Shown here: one piece after another, positions 1-9,310 of the stretch
How the letters are laid out: the number at the start of each line of letters is the position of its first letter
Position numbering within the stretch: position 1 is the first letter of the stretch
IMG/VR virus record: IMGVR_UViG_3300028558_000791
Coordinates: 248,001 to 312,000 of that record
DNA: 64,000 nt
Direction: 5' to 3' (one strand)
Position numbers and translations under genes: made by a program
Notes under the pieces: model-generated
Databases searched by the model: none
What the model was told of the DNA's origin: nothing
What the model saw: the letters and a program-made list of their open reading frames with translations, nothing else

Positions 1-2
1 AC

Positions 3-170
3 GTCAAAGAGAAAGACGTCGATCCTGATTTTGCTGAGTTACTTAACTCACCAACGTTTGATCTTGATGCCTCTGACGATGAGTTAATGGGGATTGAAAT
101 TAAAGATGATACTCTAGAAGTCTTTGATAACGATGGCCATATTGAGGATTTTGAAGACGAAAGAGATTAA
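3..170 (+). CDS. 3' end of an upstream gene, highly acidic C-terminus (partial)
   Basis: Frame 3 is open from the window edge to TAA at 168-170 and reads VKEKDVDPDFAELL...EDFEDERD. Confidence 0.7.
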   Translation, partial: VKEKDVDPDFAELLNSPTFDLDASDDELMGIEIKDDTLEVFDNDGHIEDFEDERD

Positions 171-221
171 TTCAAACGTTATATAGGGTACTAGAGCTGT
201 ATAGGTGAAATAAGGACACTA

Positions 222-911
222 ATGCTAAGACTAGTACAAGTGGGTAACACGTTACCCGTCAGTTTCATTTGCGACCCATCCGCAGAATTTCAACCTGGAC
301 AGGTTGCTGAATTAACCGTTATTGGTAACCAGGTAATGGCTACCGTCAGTAATGGTACCGCACCTATTGGTATTATTGATGATATCAAAACCAAAGCTTT
401 CTCCAACGTTTCTTGGAATGAAACTGTTATTGTTCCCGCTGTAGGCGTACTAGGACCAAATAATACATTAGTTACTCCAGTTGATATTAAAGCCGAACTA
501 AGGAAGCCAAATATTATTCCATCCAGCTTCAATTCTACAGTTAATGTAGTTTTGAATCCTGTGAATGGAATTATTACTTTTGTAGCTGGCACTCCATTAA
601 ATATTGATTTGTCTGGTACTGGACAACCAAATGCTATTAAAGCAATTGTCAATTATACTTATCAAGTAGCTAATATTCCAGGAGATGACAGCACTGCTGG
701 TTCTGGTAGAATGACTGTATGGTTTGAGAGAATGTTTTTCCAAACCGACCAGTACGAAACCAATCAACAGTACCCTGTCCGTGCTAACTTATACGTTTCT
801 GAAGCGGGCTTCTTGACTACTCGTAGGCCAAGTCCGATTCATCCTGCTGTTGGTATGGTTACTGCGCCTCCTACTCCGATGAACCCAATGATCGAAATCT
901 TGTGGTTCTAA
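222..911 (+). CDS. Putative capsid decoration/cement protein (paralog of 7346..8092)
   Basis: SD AAGGA upstream. Shares motifs with the pre-MCP gene: GIIDD/MLADD, TAGSGRMTVW/ATGSGKMTCW, AGFLT/AGLLT. Confidence 0.55.
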   Translation: MLRLVQVGNTLPVSFICDPSAEFQPGQVAELTVIGNQVMATVSNGTAPIGIIDDIKTKAFSNVSWNETVIVPAVGVLGPNNTLVTPVDIKAELRKPNIIPSSFNSTVNVVLNPVNGIITFVAGTPLNIDLSGTGQPNAIKAIVNYTYQVANIPGDDSTAGSGRMTVWFERMFFQTDQYETNQQYPVRANLYVSEAGFLTTRRPSPIHPAVGMVTAPPTPMNPMIEILWF

Positions 912-1000
912 ACCCCTTAGAATAGCTGCATATTCTTTTATTTAGTAGAAGCTTTCTATAATATCGCATATTGTAGACAATCTACTCAATTGAGGCCATA

Positions 1001-2227
1001 ATGACTTTTAAACACATGAAATTCGAGGATTCTCCGACTATGCGTGCCTTAGAGAAGGTCGCTAAGGAAAAGGGCCTAGTCAAACCAGAGACTCTGGAAA
1101 AGAAAGCCTCAGTTACAAAGAAGGCAGACTACTCACCAACGCACGATCTCATGGAGAACATTCTAAAGCTATGTGCCGGTTTGAGAACTCAAGGTCTTGC
1201 TAAAGAAGCTTCTGAAATTGAAACTAACTTCCTAAACTATAAACAAGCGCAAACTCTTTATGAAACTTCTAAGGAGAAGGGCGAAGACTTAGTTGACTCT
1301 GCTCATCCTAAGGGAAGCCACAAGCTAGAGGGTGTCGAAGGTGACGAAGCTACGTTCGAGACTATCGTTGACCAACACTTAAAGAATCTAGAAATGATTA
1401 GCAAGAAGCCAACTGGTAAGTTATCTAATGCTTCTATTTTATCTTCTGTCAAGAAGGCTTTAGGTCAGGTAACTGCTCCTCAAGAATCAGAATCAGATTT
1501 ATACAATACCATGAACCAAAGATTGAATAAGCTTCTTGCCGATCTTGGTGCAGTAATTTCCGTATTGAAATTAGATGGTGGGCCAGATTATGATACTGAA
1601 GGTGCCGATGCTGGTGCCGATGCTCTAAGAGCTGCTGTAGCCGCCAGACCATTTACCAGAGATAAGTATCGTGCCGCTATGGCCGCTCTAAATCAGATTC
1701 AAAATACATCAAAGAGTGGTGCTTATAAAACAAGCGAATGGTTTGGTAGTCCAGATGCAAATGATCCTGGCCTCGCGGCTTGGAACAAGCGTGCAGGCGG
1801 TATGATGGGTAAACTAGTTAATAACTTGCGTTCCATCGAGCCATTAATTTCCAAGATTGAAAACATCAGAGTTCTTAAAGAGCAAGGAACTTATCAAAGC
1901 CCGGAAGATGCGGCTAAGAAAAATACAATCACTCTTCCAGAACAAACTCTAGTTTCTGATCCATTAGTTGTAAAGCTACAAAATTTAGTTAACCAACTCA
2001 AAGCATATATGGGTGTCCTATCTATCGCTCGTGATCCTCAAGCCAAGCAATGGATTGCTGACGAAATCAAAGAGATTTCTGATACACAAGATCGTATTGA
2101 CGACATGTCTGAAAATACGCCAGCACAGAGAAAGCAGTTAGATGCTCGTCTCCAACAAGATGTATCCACTTTTGAACAAGAAGTGAGCCAGTTTGAAAGA
2201 GACTGGGTTAACGCTGCAAAGAAATAA
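1001..2227 (+). CDS. Putative internal head protein (paralog of 5938..7200)
   Basis: 408 aa, helical/charged, in the head module. N-terminal domain shared with 5938..7200. Several KxA motifs. Confidence 0.5.
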   Translation: MTFKHMKFEDSPTMRALEKVAKEKGLVKPETLEKKASVTKKADYSPTHDLMENILKLCAGLRTQGLAKEASEIETNFLNYKQAQTLYETSKEKGEDLVDSAHPKGSHKLEGVEGDEATFETIVDQHLKNLEMISKKPTGKLSNASILSSVKKALGQVTAPQESESDLYNTMNQRLNKLLADLGAVISVLKLDGGPDYDTEGADAGADALRAAVAARPFTRDKYRAAMAALNQIQNTSKSGAYKTSEWFGSPDANDPGLAAWNKRAGGMMGKLVNNLRSIEPLISKIENIRVLKEQGTYQSPEDAAKKNTITLPEQTLVSDPLVVKLQNLVNQLKAYMGVLSIARDPQAKQWIADEIKEISDTQDRIDDMSENTPAQRKQLDARLQQDVSTFEQEVSQFERDWVNAAKK

Positions 2228-2229
2228 TC

Positions 2230-3312
2230 ATGACCAATAAAAACTTGAGAGAAATCGTCGAACAAATCAAGAAGTTGGCCAAATCACCACCTAGACCTGG
2301 CCAAGGTTATGTTGCTTCTGGTCCAGCATCAAATACTCCTGCGCCTTCTGCCCAAGGAGCGCCAACAGGTCCCCGTACACTACCAGGACATGGTGGCAGA
2401 CAATCGGGCGCTCCTGCTGGCCATGGTGTCGGCAGTGGTGGTGGTAGCAACATTAATATCATAAGCATGCAGCATGCTCTTCAGGATTTGTCACAAACTG
2501 TATCTTCTCAAATCAATTTACAAGAAGCATTCAGTGGCGACCCTAGAAAAGAACAGGAAGCAAAAGCTCGTGATGCTTTCGGTGTGTTCTTAACCAAGAA
2601 CTATATGAGAAACACCAAAGTACAAGGTGTTGAGTTCGATCCAGACAAAAATATCACTGACGTCAATAAAAAGAATCCAAATGATCCTACTCGTATGAGT
2701 ATTGTTATGGATACGATGAATCGCATTGGTAATCCTAAGAAGGGTGAGAACTTTGCTGATGGAGCTTGGGGCCCTCGCACTAATGCCGCGGTACGTGATG
2801 TATATGCATTCGCTTCTGGTCTATTGGATTTCGTAGATGATGTTAACAAGTTTGCTACCAAGAAGATGGCAATCAAATCTTACAATAGAGCCTCACTAAG
2901 TGAATTAGAGAAGGTCGCCACTGTCGATAACTCTTTGACGCCACAACAAAAGATTGCGGCAGCCCCAGTTGTTACTCAGCATGTTAAGGCTATCAAGAAC
3001 ATGTATGAAGAAGTAAAGAACAGTATTTTGCAGCATCCAGCTTATCAACAGTTTATTGAAGACTCGGTTCCATTCAAGTCATATAAATCACCAGTAACTC
3101 AACAACAAGTTGAGTTGGTTAAACAGACTTTTCCTCAAGGTTTTACTGTTGATCTCGGCGCTGGTCCAACGGTAGTACCTGTTGATGGCCTACTCAGTTT
3201 GAATGCTTTGAAGAAACTAATACCACAAGGCTCTAAAGTAACTCCAGAAGAAGTTGTTTATCAAATTTGGAAACAACAAGAGAAACTATTGGGACCGGAC
3301 AGAGGATTTTAA
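2230..3312 (+). CDS. Putative internal virion protein with peptidoglycan-binding-like motif
   Basis: 360 aa. ADGAWGPRTNAAVR resembles the PG_binding_1 DGxxGPxT signature. Pro/Gly linker follows IKKLA. Confidence 0.45.
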   Translation: MTNKNLREIVEQIKKLAKSPPRPGQGYVASGPASNTPAPSAQGAPTGPRTLPGHGGRQSGAPAGHGVGSGGGSNINIISMQHALQDLSQTVSSQINLQEAFSGDPRKEQEAKARDAFGVFLTKNYMRNTKVQGVEFDPDKNITDVNKKNPNDPTRMSIVMDTMNRIGNPKKGENFADGAWGPRTNAAVRDVYAFASGLLDFVDDVNKFATKKMAIKSYNRASLSELEKVATVDNSLTPQQKIAAAPVVTQHVKAIKNMYEEVKNSILQHPAYQQFIEDSVPFKSYKSPVTQQQVELVKQTFPQGFTVDLGAGPTVVPVDGLLSLNALKKLIPQGSKVTPEEVVYQIWKQQEKLLGPDRGF

Positions 3313-3313
3313 C

Positions 3314-4786
3314 ATGCCCCTTATTCACGACAATCCTTGGCTAGTAAATCAGCTTCTGCAAGCAGCATTGGACTCTGAGAAGAAAATCTCAAAGCAAGGT
3401 CAAGCTGCACCTCCCGCAGAACAGCCGGTGGCTGTTGGGCTTAAATCCATTTTGAATAATCTAAGAAATCAAATGTCTACTGGCCCAGATCCTACTGGAA
3501 CCATTTCACATGATTCAAGTAGTGCTGAGGTTTTCAGTCACAACATGGATAGCATGGGAGATTTGGTTCAGCTACTATCAAACAGCGGAACTAAAGTTGG
3601 TGGCAAGACTATTGTGTATCCTGGAACACTTCCTCAACAACCAAGTGAAGAATATGGTTATTTCAAGATTGAACCGGGCACTGAAATCGTAGTTCCAATT
3701 AAAAGAACTGATAGAACGGTAGTTGGATATTGGATTAACCCGGCCGCCTTTAAAGCATACTTAGTTTCTCTTCAGGGAGATGAAAAACTTAAGACTAATG
3801 TTATGTTCCAAGTTCAATTATTGAAATTGATTCAGGATGCCAACACTCAACTAGACTTAGATATCAGCGAACAATACAAAGCACCAGAAAAAGTTCTACC
3901 AGATACTACTGTTGCAGACAGTACGCCAGCAGAACTAAATCCTACGCAATGGTCTACTCAAGGTAGTATTCCATTAACACTTGGTAATCTCAAAGATAGC
4001 ACCACTTTAAATGCTTGGTTGAGTGATAAAAAGATTGGTCTTAACATTGGTGGACACACTGGTGGTATGATGATTAATCATCCAGATTTTGATCATTGCG
4101 CCTTACTCAAGATTCTAAATCAAAGAGCAGCATTTAAAGCTAGTAGGGCCCCAACTGCTGAAGCTAAAGAAATTGCGGCCGCATATGCTCAAAAGGTTAA
4201 GGCTATTGCCGCAGAAATCAAATGTGATCTAGGCGGACAGTCAAAAGATGACCCAAATAAGAAGCCGGGCGATCAATCTGGACAAGGTGGATTGGCTGCT
4301 GCATCACCACAAATTTTGGTACAGCTATCTTCTCTCAGACCCTTCAATAGCCAGTACATTAGTTTCCCAGAGATTACTAAGTTCTTAGAATTATATGGCC
4401 AATACGCTAATGACGCCGATGTATCGAACATGATTAACAGAATCAATACAAACATCAATACATTTAAGACTAATTACTATGCTGGTTCTGATACAATTCA
4501 GTTGTATAATCTAACTACAGATCAATTTAAGGCAACGTTGAAGGATGGCTCTTATGCTACTCTGGCAGCGGATGCTCTTTATGCAATCATCGTATACTCT
4601 GGACAGTTGTATCAGCGTTTAGTTACTTCTCTACAGACGATTGCTCAAGATCCTAAGAGAGCAAAGTACATTGACTATCGTGCTATGCAGCAACAAGTAA
4701 CTCCAGGTGGCCCTCAGTTAACTAACGTTGATACTCTCAATAGACTTAGATTTAACATCAAGCAAGAATGGAATGCTCATAAATGA
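3314..4786 (+). CDS. Hypothetical virion (internal head/ejection) protein
   Basis: Long ORF. ATG 3314 follows AGAGGA and the previous stop, so it is preferred over the track start at 3254. Confidence 0.5.
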   Translation: MPLIHDNPWLVNQLLQAALDSEKKISKQGQAAPPAEQPVAVGLKSILNNLRNQMSTGPDPTGTISHDSSSAEVFSHNMDSMGDLVQLLSNSGTKVGGKTIVYPGTLPQQPSEEYGYFKIEPGTEIVVPIKRTDRTVVGYWINPAAFKAYLVSLQGDEKLKTNVMFQVQLLKLIQDANTQLDLDISEQYKAPEKVLPDTTVADSTPAELNPTQWSTQGSIPLTLGNLKDSTTLNAWLSDKKIGLNIGGHTGGMMINHPDFDHCALLKILNQRAAFKASRAPTAEAKEIAAAYAQKVKAIAAEIKCDLGGQSKDDPNKKPGDQSGQGGLAAASPQILVQLSSLRPFNSQYISFPEITKFLELYGQYANDADVSNMINRINTNINTFKTNYYAGSDTIQLYNLTTDQFKATLKDGSYATLAADALYAIIVYSGQLYQRLVTSLQTIAQDPKRAKYIDYRAMQQQVTPGGPQLTNVDTLNRLRFNIKQEWNAHK

Positions 4787-5886
4787 TATCCAATAGTGAA
4801 GTCAGCTTCTGTGTTGATACACTCCTTGTAGAGACCGTGTTAGCGGATCCAAAACTCTACAAGAAGGCTGGTTTCGTGCAGGATTTACTTGCTAAAGTCA
4901 AGGACTATTTCAGTCATCAGATTGATCCAAAGAATCCGGTTAGCAGTGTGCTTAGCGTTCTAGCGCCGGGAGCTTTGTGGTTACTGTTCCAAACTTTGGG
5001 AATTGGTAAATGGGGATTTCTGCTTGGTTTATTGATGGATGTATTCCATGTGGATGTGGGTGGCATGTTATCTTCTTTATACGGTAAAGTTAAAGAAATG
5101 ATCAGTGGTGGTAAAAAAGTATCATCTGCTGAAGTTGATGCGGCTGCCGAGGAAACTACTCAACAATATAATAGAGAGCCAACTCCACAAGAAGAGGCTC
5201 AGGGAATGCAAGATCTAAAAGAGAGACAGCGGGCCCCAACTACCAATCTAGCTGATGATCAGAAAGTTTATAGTTCTCTTGAATTATTGGATGACGCTAG
5301 AATGTTTAGATTAGCTCTAATCGAATATGAAAATCAAGCAATGAGACTTACTAAAGATCCAGTCATTAAGATGGCAGGATTTTTTGGAAGTAGTAAATCA
5401 AAGGGAACTAGTTTACTTGGTAAAGTCTTCGGTTGGATCATTAAGTTAGCATTAGCCTCTGCCGGTTTAATGGTAGCTGGTGACATTGCTAATGAAGTAA
5501 TGGGTCGTCCAAGCGCACTTAGCGGAACTTACCAACGTGGTCAAGAAACTCCAGAAGCTCAACCAGCTCCTGCTGCTCCAAAATCAACTCAAACGAAATT
5601 CCCGTTCAAGGGTGATGCTCCGTTGCCAGCCAGTATGCCAATGGTCAACAACCCTCAAAACATTGAGAATATGATGGTGCAATTTACCAAAGATGTCTAT
5701 GGTGGGCTTGATGGTCAAGATGGTATCATACGTAGTTCTCCGGCTTTTCAAGCGGTCAAAGAGAATATTGTTTGGTACAATACTCATAATACAGGCTCTT
5801 CAATTACACTAATACCAGGATTGTTTACGTCTAAAAAACAATTGGTAGACTACTTTATCGATGATGTGGCTAAAAGTGCTCCTTAA
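4783..5886 (+). CDS. Putative ejection protein with hydrophobic segments
   Basis: 367 aa, ATGA overlap with the previous gene. Hydrophobic stretches VLAPGALWLLFQTLGIGKWGFLLGLL and VFGWIIKLALASAGLMV. Confidence 0.45.
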   Translation: MISNSEVSFCVDTLLVETVLADPKLYKKAGFVQDLLAKVKDYFSHQIDPKNPVSSVLSVLAPGALWLLFQTLGIGKWGFLLGLLMDVFHVDVGGMLSSLYGKVKEMISGGKKVSSAEVDAAAEETTQQYNREPTPQEEAQGMQDLKERQRAPTTNLADDQKVYSSLELLDDARMFRLALIEYENQAMRLTKDPVIKMAGFFGSSKSKGTSLLGKVFGWIIKLALASAGLMVAGDIANEVMGRPSALSGTYQRGQETPEAQPAPAAPKSTQTKFPFKGDAPLPASMPMVNNPQNIENMMVQFTKDVYGGLDGQDGIIRSSPAFQAVKENIVWYNTHNTGSSITLIPGLFTSKKQLVDYFIDDVAKSAP

Positions 5887-5937
5887 AATCGGGCATATCA
5901 ACACATATCGTTATAATTTCCTTTTAGGTGAAACCAA

Positions 5938-7200
5938 ATGACAAAAAGTGAGATATTTGACAGCTTTGTAAAGATTGCCCAAGAGAGGGGACTCGTGTCT
6001 AAAGCACAAAAAGCTGAACACACCGAGAAGGATTTTTCCGAAACGAATCCAAGATTTGATTCGTTGACCATTGAGCAAATCAGCAAACTATACAATACCA
6101 AACCACAACAGCCAAAAGATATGGAATACAAGCGCAACATCATTGAAGATGCGCATCCAGATCAAGTTGTCATTGCTCCATCTTACGATAAGCTCAACGG
6201 ACTCGTTGAAAACGAGAACGAAGGTCAGAACATTAGAATTCGCATCGTGATGAAGACGCCGGACGGCCATCTCGTCAATCGTAAATATGCCAAGAAGAAT
6301 TTAGTGCTTTCTTTGGTACGTGTTGGTAACGAGCTTGATGCCCGTGACAACGAAGAACTTCGTAAATTGGCTGATGTTTGCTTGTTTCAAGCTAGCGGCC
6401 AAATGGAAAAGAAAGCTTGGATAGTTCCAGCTATTGCTGCCGTTGCGGTAGTAATCGGAGCTGTCTATGCCAAGCAACATTTACGTTTCCATAGTGATGG
6501 ATGGCAAGCTGATTACGCTAAAGCCACAGAAGAGATCGATCAATTATTGACCTCCAATACAAATTTCGAAATGGGTTACTCTTACACCCCAGCATTCATT
6601 CAAACTGTTACTCAATTGAAGGTGGAATTAGGTAAGCTTAACTCCGCTGTTGCGAAAGCAGTTCCAATTCTCGACAAGATGCAGACTCCAAAGAATGCAG
6701 AAGAGTTGAAGAAGATGTTGGAAGAGCCAGAAACTCAAAACGCTGTTAAGGCTGTTCAAGAATTACAAGCTCAAATGGCAAGTTCTTATCCATTCATCAA
6801 TACTGTTATTTCTAGCTTTAGTAACCCAGCTTATAAGCAACGTGCCATTGCTGAAAAAGGAGCAATCACTTCTGTAATTGACTCTGCCGAGTTTCTACAT
6901 GGTGGCAGCGGTTTGATTGCTGACGATTTTGATGACGTTGCTCACGCTCTACAGACACTAAAAGTAGATTTGGGTAACCTTGGTAAGGTTATGCAAGGTG
7001 CAGAGAGCATGAAACAGAAGGCTCAAGCAGATTTAACTGCTAGCCAGTCTGAAGTTTCTCAAAGTTTCACTGCTCCAGCAGAAAAACCAGTCCCAACTGG
7101 TGACTCTCCAGCCCCAGAAGGTGGAGATAAGAAGAAAAGTCCATTTGATGCTCTTGAAGAAGAGAGCAAAGGACTATTTGGCGGTCTTTTCGGCAAATAA
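5938..7200 (+). CDS. Putative internal head protein with one hydrophobic helix and coiled coils
   Basis: 420 aa. N-domain paralogous to 1001..2227. WIVPAIAAVAVVIGAVY directly follows MEKKA. Confidence 0.5.
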   Translation: MTKSEIFDSFVKIAQERGLVSKAQKAEHTEKDFSETNPRFDSLTIEQISKLYNTKPQQPKDMEYKRNIIEDAHPDQVVIAPSYDKLNGLVENENEGQNIRIRIVMKTPDGHLVNRKYAKKNLVLSLVRVGNELDARDNEELRKLADVCLFQASGQMEKKAWIVPAIAAVAVVIGAVYAKQHLRFHSDGWQADYAKATEEIDQLLTSNTNFEMGYSYTPAFIQTVTQLKVELGKLNSAVAKAVPILDKMQTPKNAEELKKMLEEPETQNAVKAVQELQAQMASSYPFINTVISSFSNPAYKQRAIAEKGAITSVIDSAEFLHGGSGLIADDFDDVAHALQTLKVDLGNLGKVMQGAESMKQKAQADLTASQSEVSQSFTAPAEKPVPTGDSPAPEGGDKKKSPFDALEEESKGLFGGLFGK

Positions 7201-7345
7201 TCTGGGCATAGCCTGATATCTTTGCAATATAGGCGACTTTTATTGGAAAACATATCAATAAACGAGTATGCTTTATGAATTTTGTAAGTTTAGGTGTAAG
7301 TAACCGTGCCTTAAAGGGCATTTGAAGATTAAATAGGAAACAACA

Positions 7346-8092
7346 ATGTCTCTAAAACTATTACAACCAGGCTGCCAGCCTTTGGGCCAATTTGATGGTG
7401 TCGATTCCGAAGTTCTCACCTTCAAGGGTGGAGAAGTTTGCACCTTTGCTTATGTAACTACTTCCGGTCAACCAGGCGTAACTACTCCAGGTCTTGATCA
7501 AAGCGCATACGATGGATTTGATGGCTACATCAATGCATCTGGTGTTTTGAAGCGTCCAGCTATCACTAAGACTTTTGCTGCAACCAGCATGACTAAGCGT
7601 CCATTGATGTTAGCAGACGATGGTATCACTGGATACGGTACTCTATTCGGCTCTGTAGTCGGTGGAACTATCGGTCAACAGGTCAACGGACCAAACACCT
7701 TCACTGGTGCAATCCTTGGACCACACACTGCAACCGGCTCTGGCAAGATGACTTGCTGGGATAAGCCAGGTCTCTACGCTGTCTCCCTAGACGCAGTAGA
7801 TACTACCGCTTCTACTGGTTTGCAACCAACCAACACTTCTCTAGTCGGTGGCGATCCACTTGGATTCACTATCGCTGGATTGCTAACCCCATCCGCAACT
7901 GGTTCTCCAGTAACTAACGGTGGTGTTGCAGTTAACGTTGGTCACTTAGTAGAGTTCAACACCAACGGTTCTTTGGTAACCACTCCAAACTACTTAGTTG
8001 CAGCTTTGAACAGCCCATCTGGTAACGTCTCTTCGCAACAGCCAAGAGTCTTCCAGTTCGCAACCATCTACTTTGCACCACAAAGTAACTAA
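7346..8092 (+). CDS. Capsid decoration/cement protein
   Basis: 248 aa, Gly/Thr-rich beta-type composition, immediately upstream of the MCP, SD AGGA. Confidence 0.6.
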   Translation: MSLKLLQPGCQPLGQFDGVDSEVLTFKGGEVCTFAYVTTSGQPGVTTPGLDQSAYDGFDGYINASGVLKRPAITKTFAATSMTKRPLMLADDGITGYGTLFGSVVGGTIGQQVNGPNTFTGAILGPHTATGSGKMTCWDKPGLYAVSLDAVDTTASTGLQPTNTSLVGGDPLGFTIAGLLTPSATGSPVTNGGVAVNVGHLVEFNTNGSLVTTPNYLVAALNSPSGNVSSQQPRVFQFATIYFAPQSN

Positions 8093-8116
8093 TTAGTTGA
8101 ATAAACTTCTCTGGCC

Positions 8117-8165
8117 GGGAGGCTGGGGGAGACGGAAGTCTCGAAGTCCGCAAGGATTCCTCCCA
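8117..8165 (+). promoter_or_regulatory. Structured RNA element (three-way junction with two GNRA hairpins) in the MCP 5' leader
   Basis: GGGAGG 8117-8122 pairs with CCTCCC 8159-8164, enclosing GAGAC-GGAA-GTCTC and AGTCC-GCAA-GGATT. It is a GC-rich island in AT-rich DNA. Confidence 0.65.
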
Positions 8166-8222
8166 TCTTTTAATGTAAGTAACTCTAGCTGGTAGAACTG
8201 GCAAATTTTTCTAGGAGAAACT

Positions 8223-9236
8223 ATGAATATGTTTAGCGGTAAAGGCGAAATTAACGCCTCATCTTTCAAGGATGCATTGCAAGCCTTGGTAAAGTACGCA
8301 GCCATTCTCGAAGAGAATGTCCCTGCAAACCAAGGACTAGCTGGTCAACCAGCATTGAGCGATGAGAAGCGTGATGAATTGATCACTCGCGCCATCATGA
8401 CTCAAGACGGAAAGATCGCCCTAGCCCAGGCCATGGCGAACCCAATCCGTAGAAACCTCGATTACCATGGTATCGCTCGTCGTGCCTTGGTTGTTGATCC
8501 ACTACCACAGGGAGCAATTCCAACTTACGATAGAGATATCGACGTTGCCGCTGTTGTTATCTCTTCCAACGGTACTGGTCCAGAGTCTCGTGTCTTCGGT
8601 GACCGTGTCGTTGTTCCAGAATTCGAAATTTACGCGAACCCAACTGTTCGTATCGCTGAAGTCAAGCGTCGTAGATTTAACGTAATTGACCGTGCTGTTC
8701 AAAAGGCACGTCAAGAAATCATGGCTCAGGAAGATGCAAACATCTTCGCAGCCCTTGATGCAGCAGCTTCAGTTGAGAACACTCTCACTGACATCGCAGA
8801 CGCTGGTCTTCTAAAGAGAGACCTCGTTGAAATCAAGCAGCAAATTGATCGTTGGGACTTAGTAACTACTAAGTATTTTATGAACATTAACGAGTTCACT
8901 GACATCCTCAAGTGGGGTTCTGGTGGTGGACAAGGTGTTGGTGGTGGTGACTTCGACCCAGTAACTATGAGAGAAGTTCTACAAACCGGTCTTTACGCCC
9001 ACATCTGGGGTACTGACATCATGGTAAGCAAGATCGTTCCACCTGGAACCATCTACGGTGTAGCTGACCCAGAGTTCGTTGGTGTAATGCCAATCCGTCA
9101 GGACATCGAAGTTCTACCAGCGGACGAGCCAAAGCAATTGAAGCTCGGTTGGGTAGTCTCTGAGATCATCGGTATCGCTATCGTCAACCCACGTGGTTGC
9201 GCAGCCGGCCGTAAGTCTGTTGTAATCGGCGCCTAA
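8223..9236 (+). CDS. Major capsid protein (HK97 fold)
   Basis: 337 aa, SD AGGAG, followed by a terminator. HK97-like features: RRALVVDPLPQG, E-loop region GPESRV, backbone helix IDRAVQKARQEIMAQEDANIF, P-domain end GWVVSEIIGIAIVNP. Confidence 0.85.
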   Translation: MNMFSGKGEINASSFKDALQALVKYAAILEENVPANQGLAGQPALSDEKRDELITRAIMTQDGKIALAQAMANPIRRNLDYHGIARRALVVDPLPQGAIPTYDRDIDVAAVVISSNGTGPESRVFGDRVVVPEFEIYANPTVRIAEVKRRRFNVIDRAVQKARQEIMAQEDANIFAALDAAASVENTLTDIADAGLLKRDLVEIKQQIDRWDLVTTKYFMNINEFTDILKWGSGGGQGVGGGDFDPVTMREVLQTGLYAHIWGTDIMVSKIVPPGTIYGVADPEFVGVMPIRQDIEVLPADEPKQLKLGWVVSEIIGIAIVNPRGCAAGRKSVVIGA

Positions 9237-9262
9237 TAAGCCTGATTGAGTAATTTCGAAAT

Positions 9263-9298
9263 GAGCCTCTAGAGAAATCTAGGGGCTCTTTCATTTTC
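9263..9298 (+). terminator. Intrinsic terminator after the MCP
   Basis: GAGCCTCTAGA-GAAA-TCTAGGGGCTC stem-loop followed by TTTCATTTT. Confidence 0.85.
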
Positions 9299-9310
9299 TG
9301 GCATATAGAT

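Noticed and set aside
8105-8170. tRNA gene or simple terminator
   Set aside because: Too short, with no T-loop or anticodon arm. It is multibranched and lies just upstream of the most highly expressed gene.
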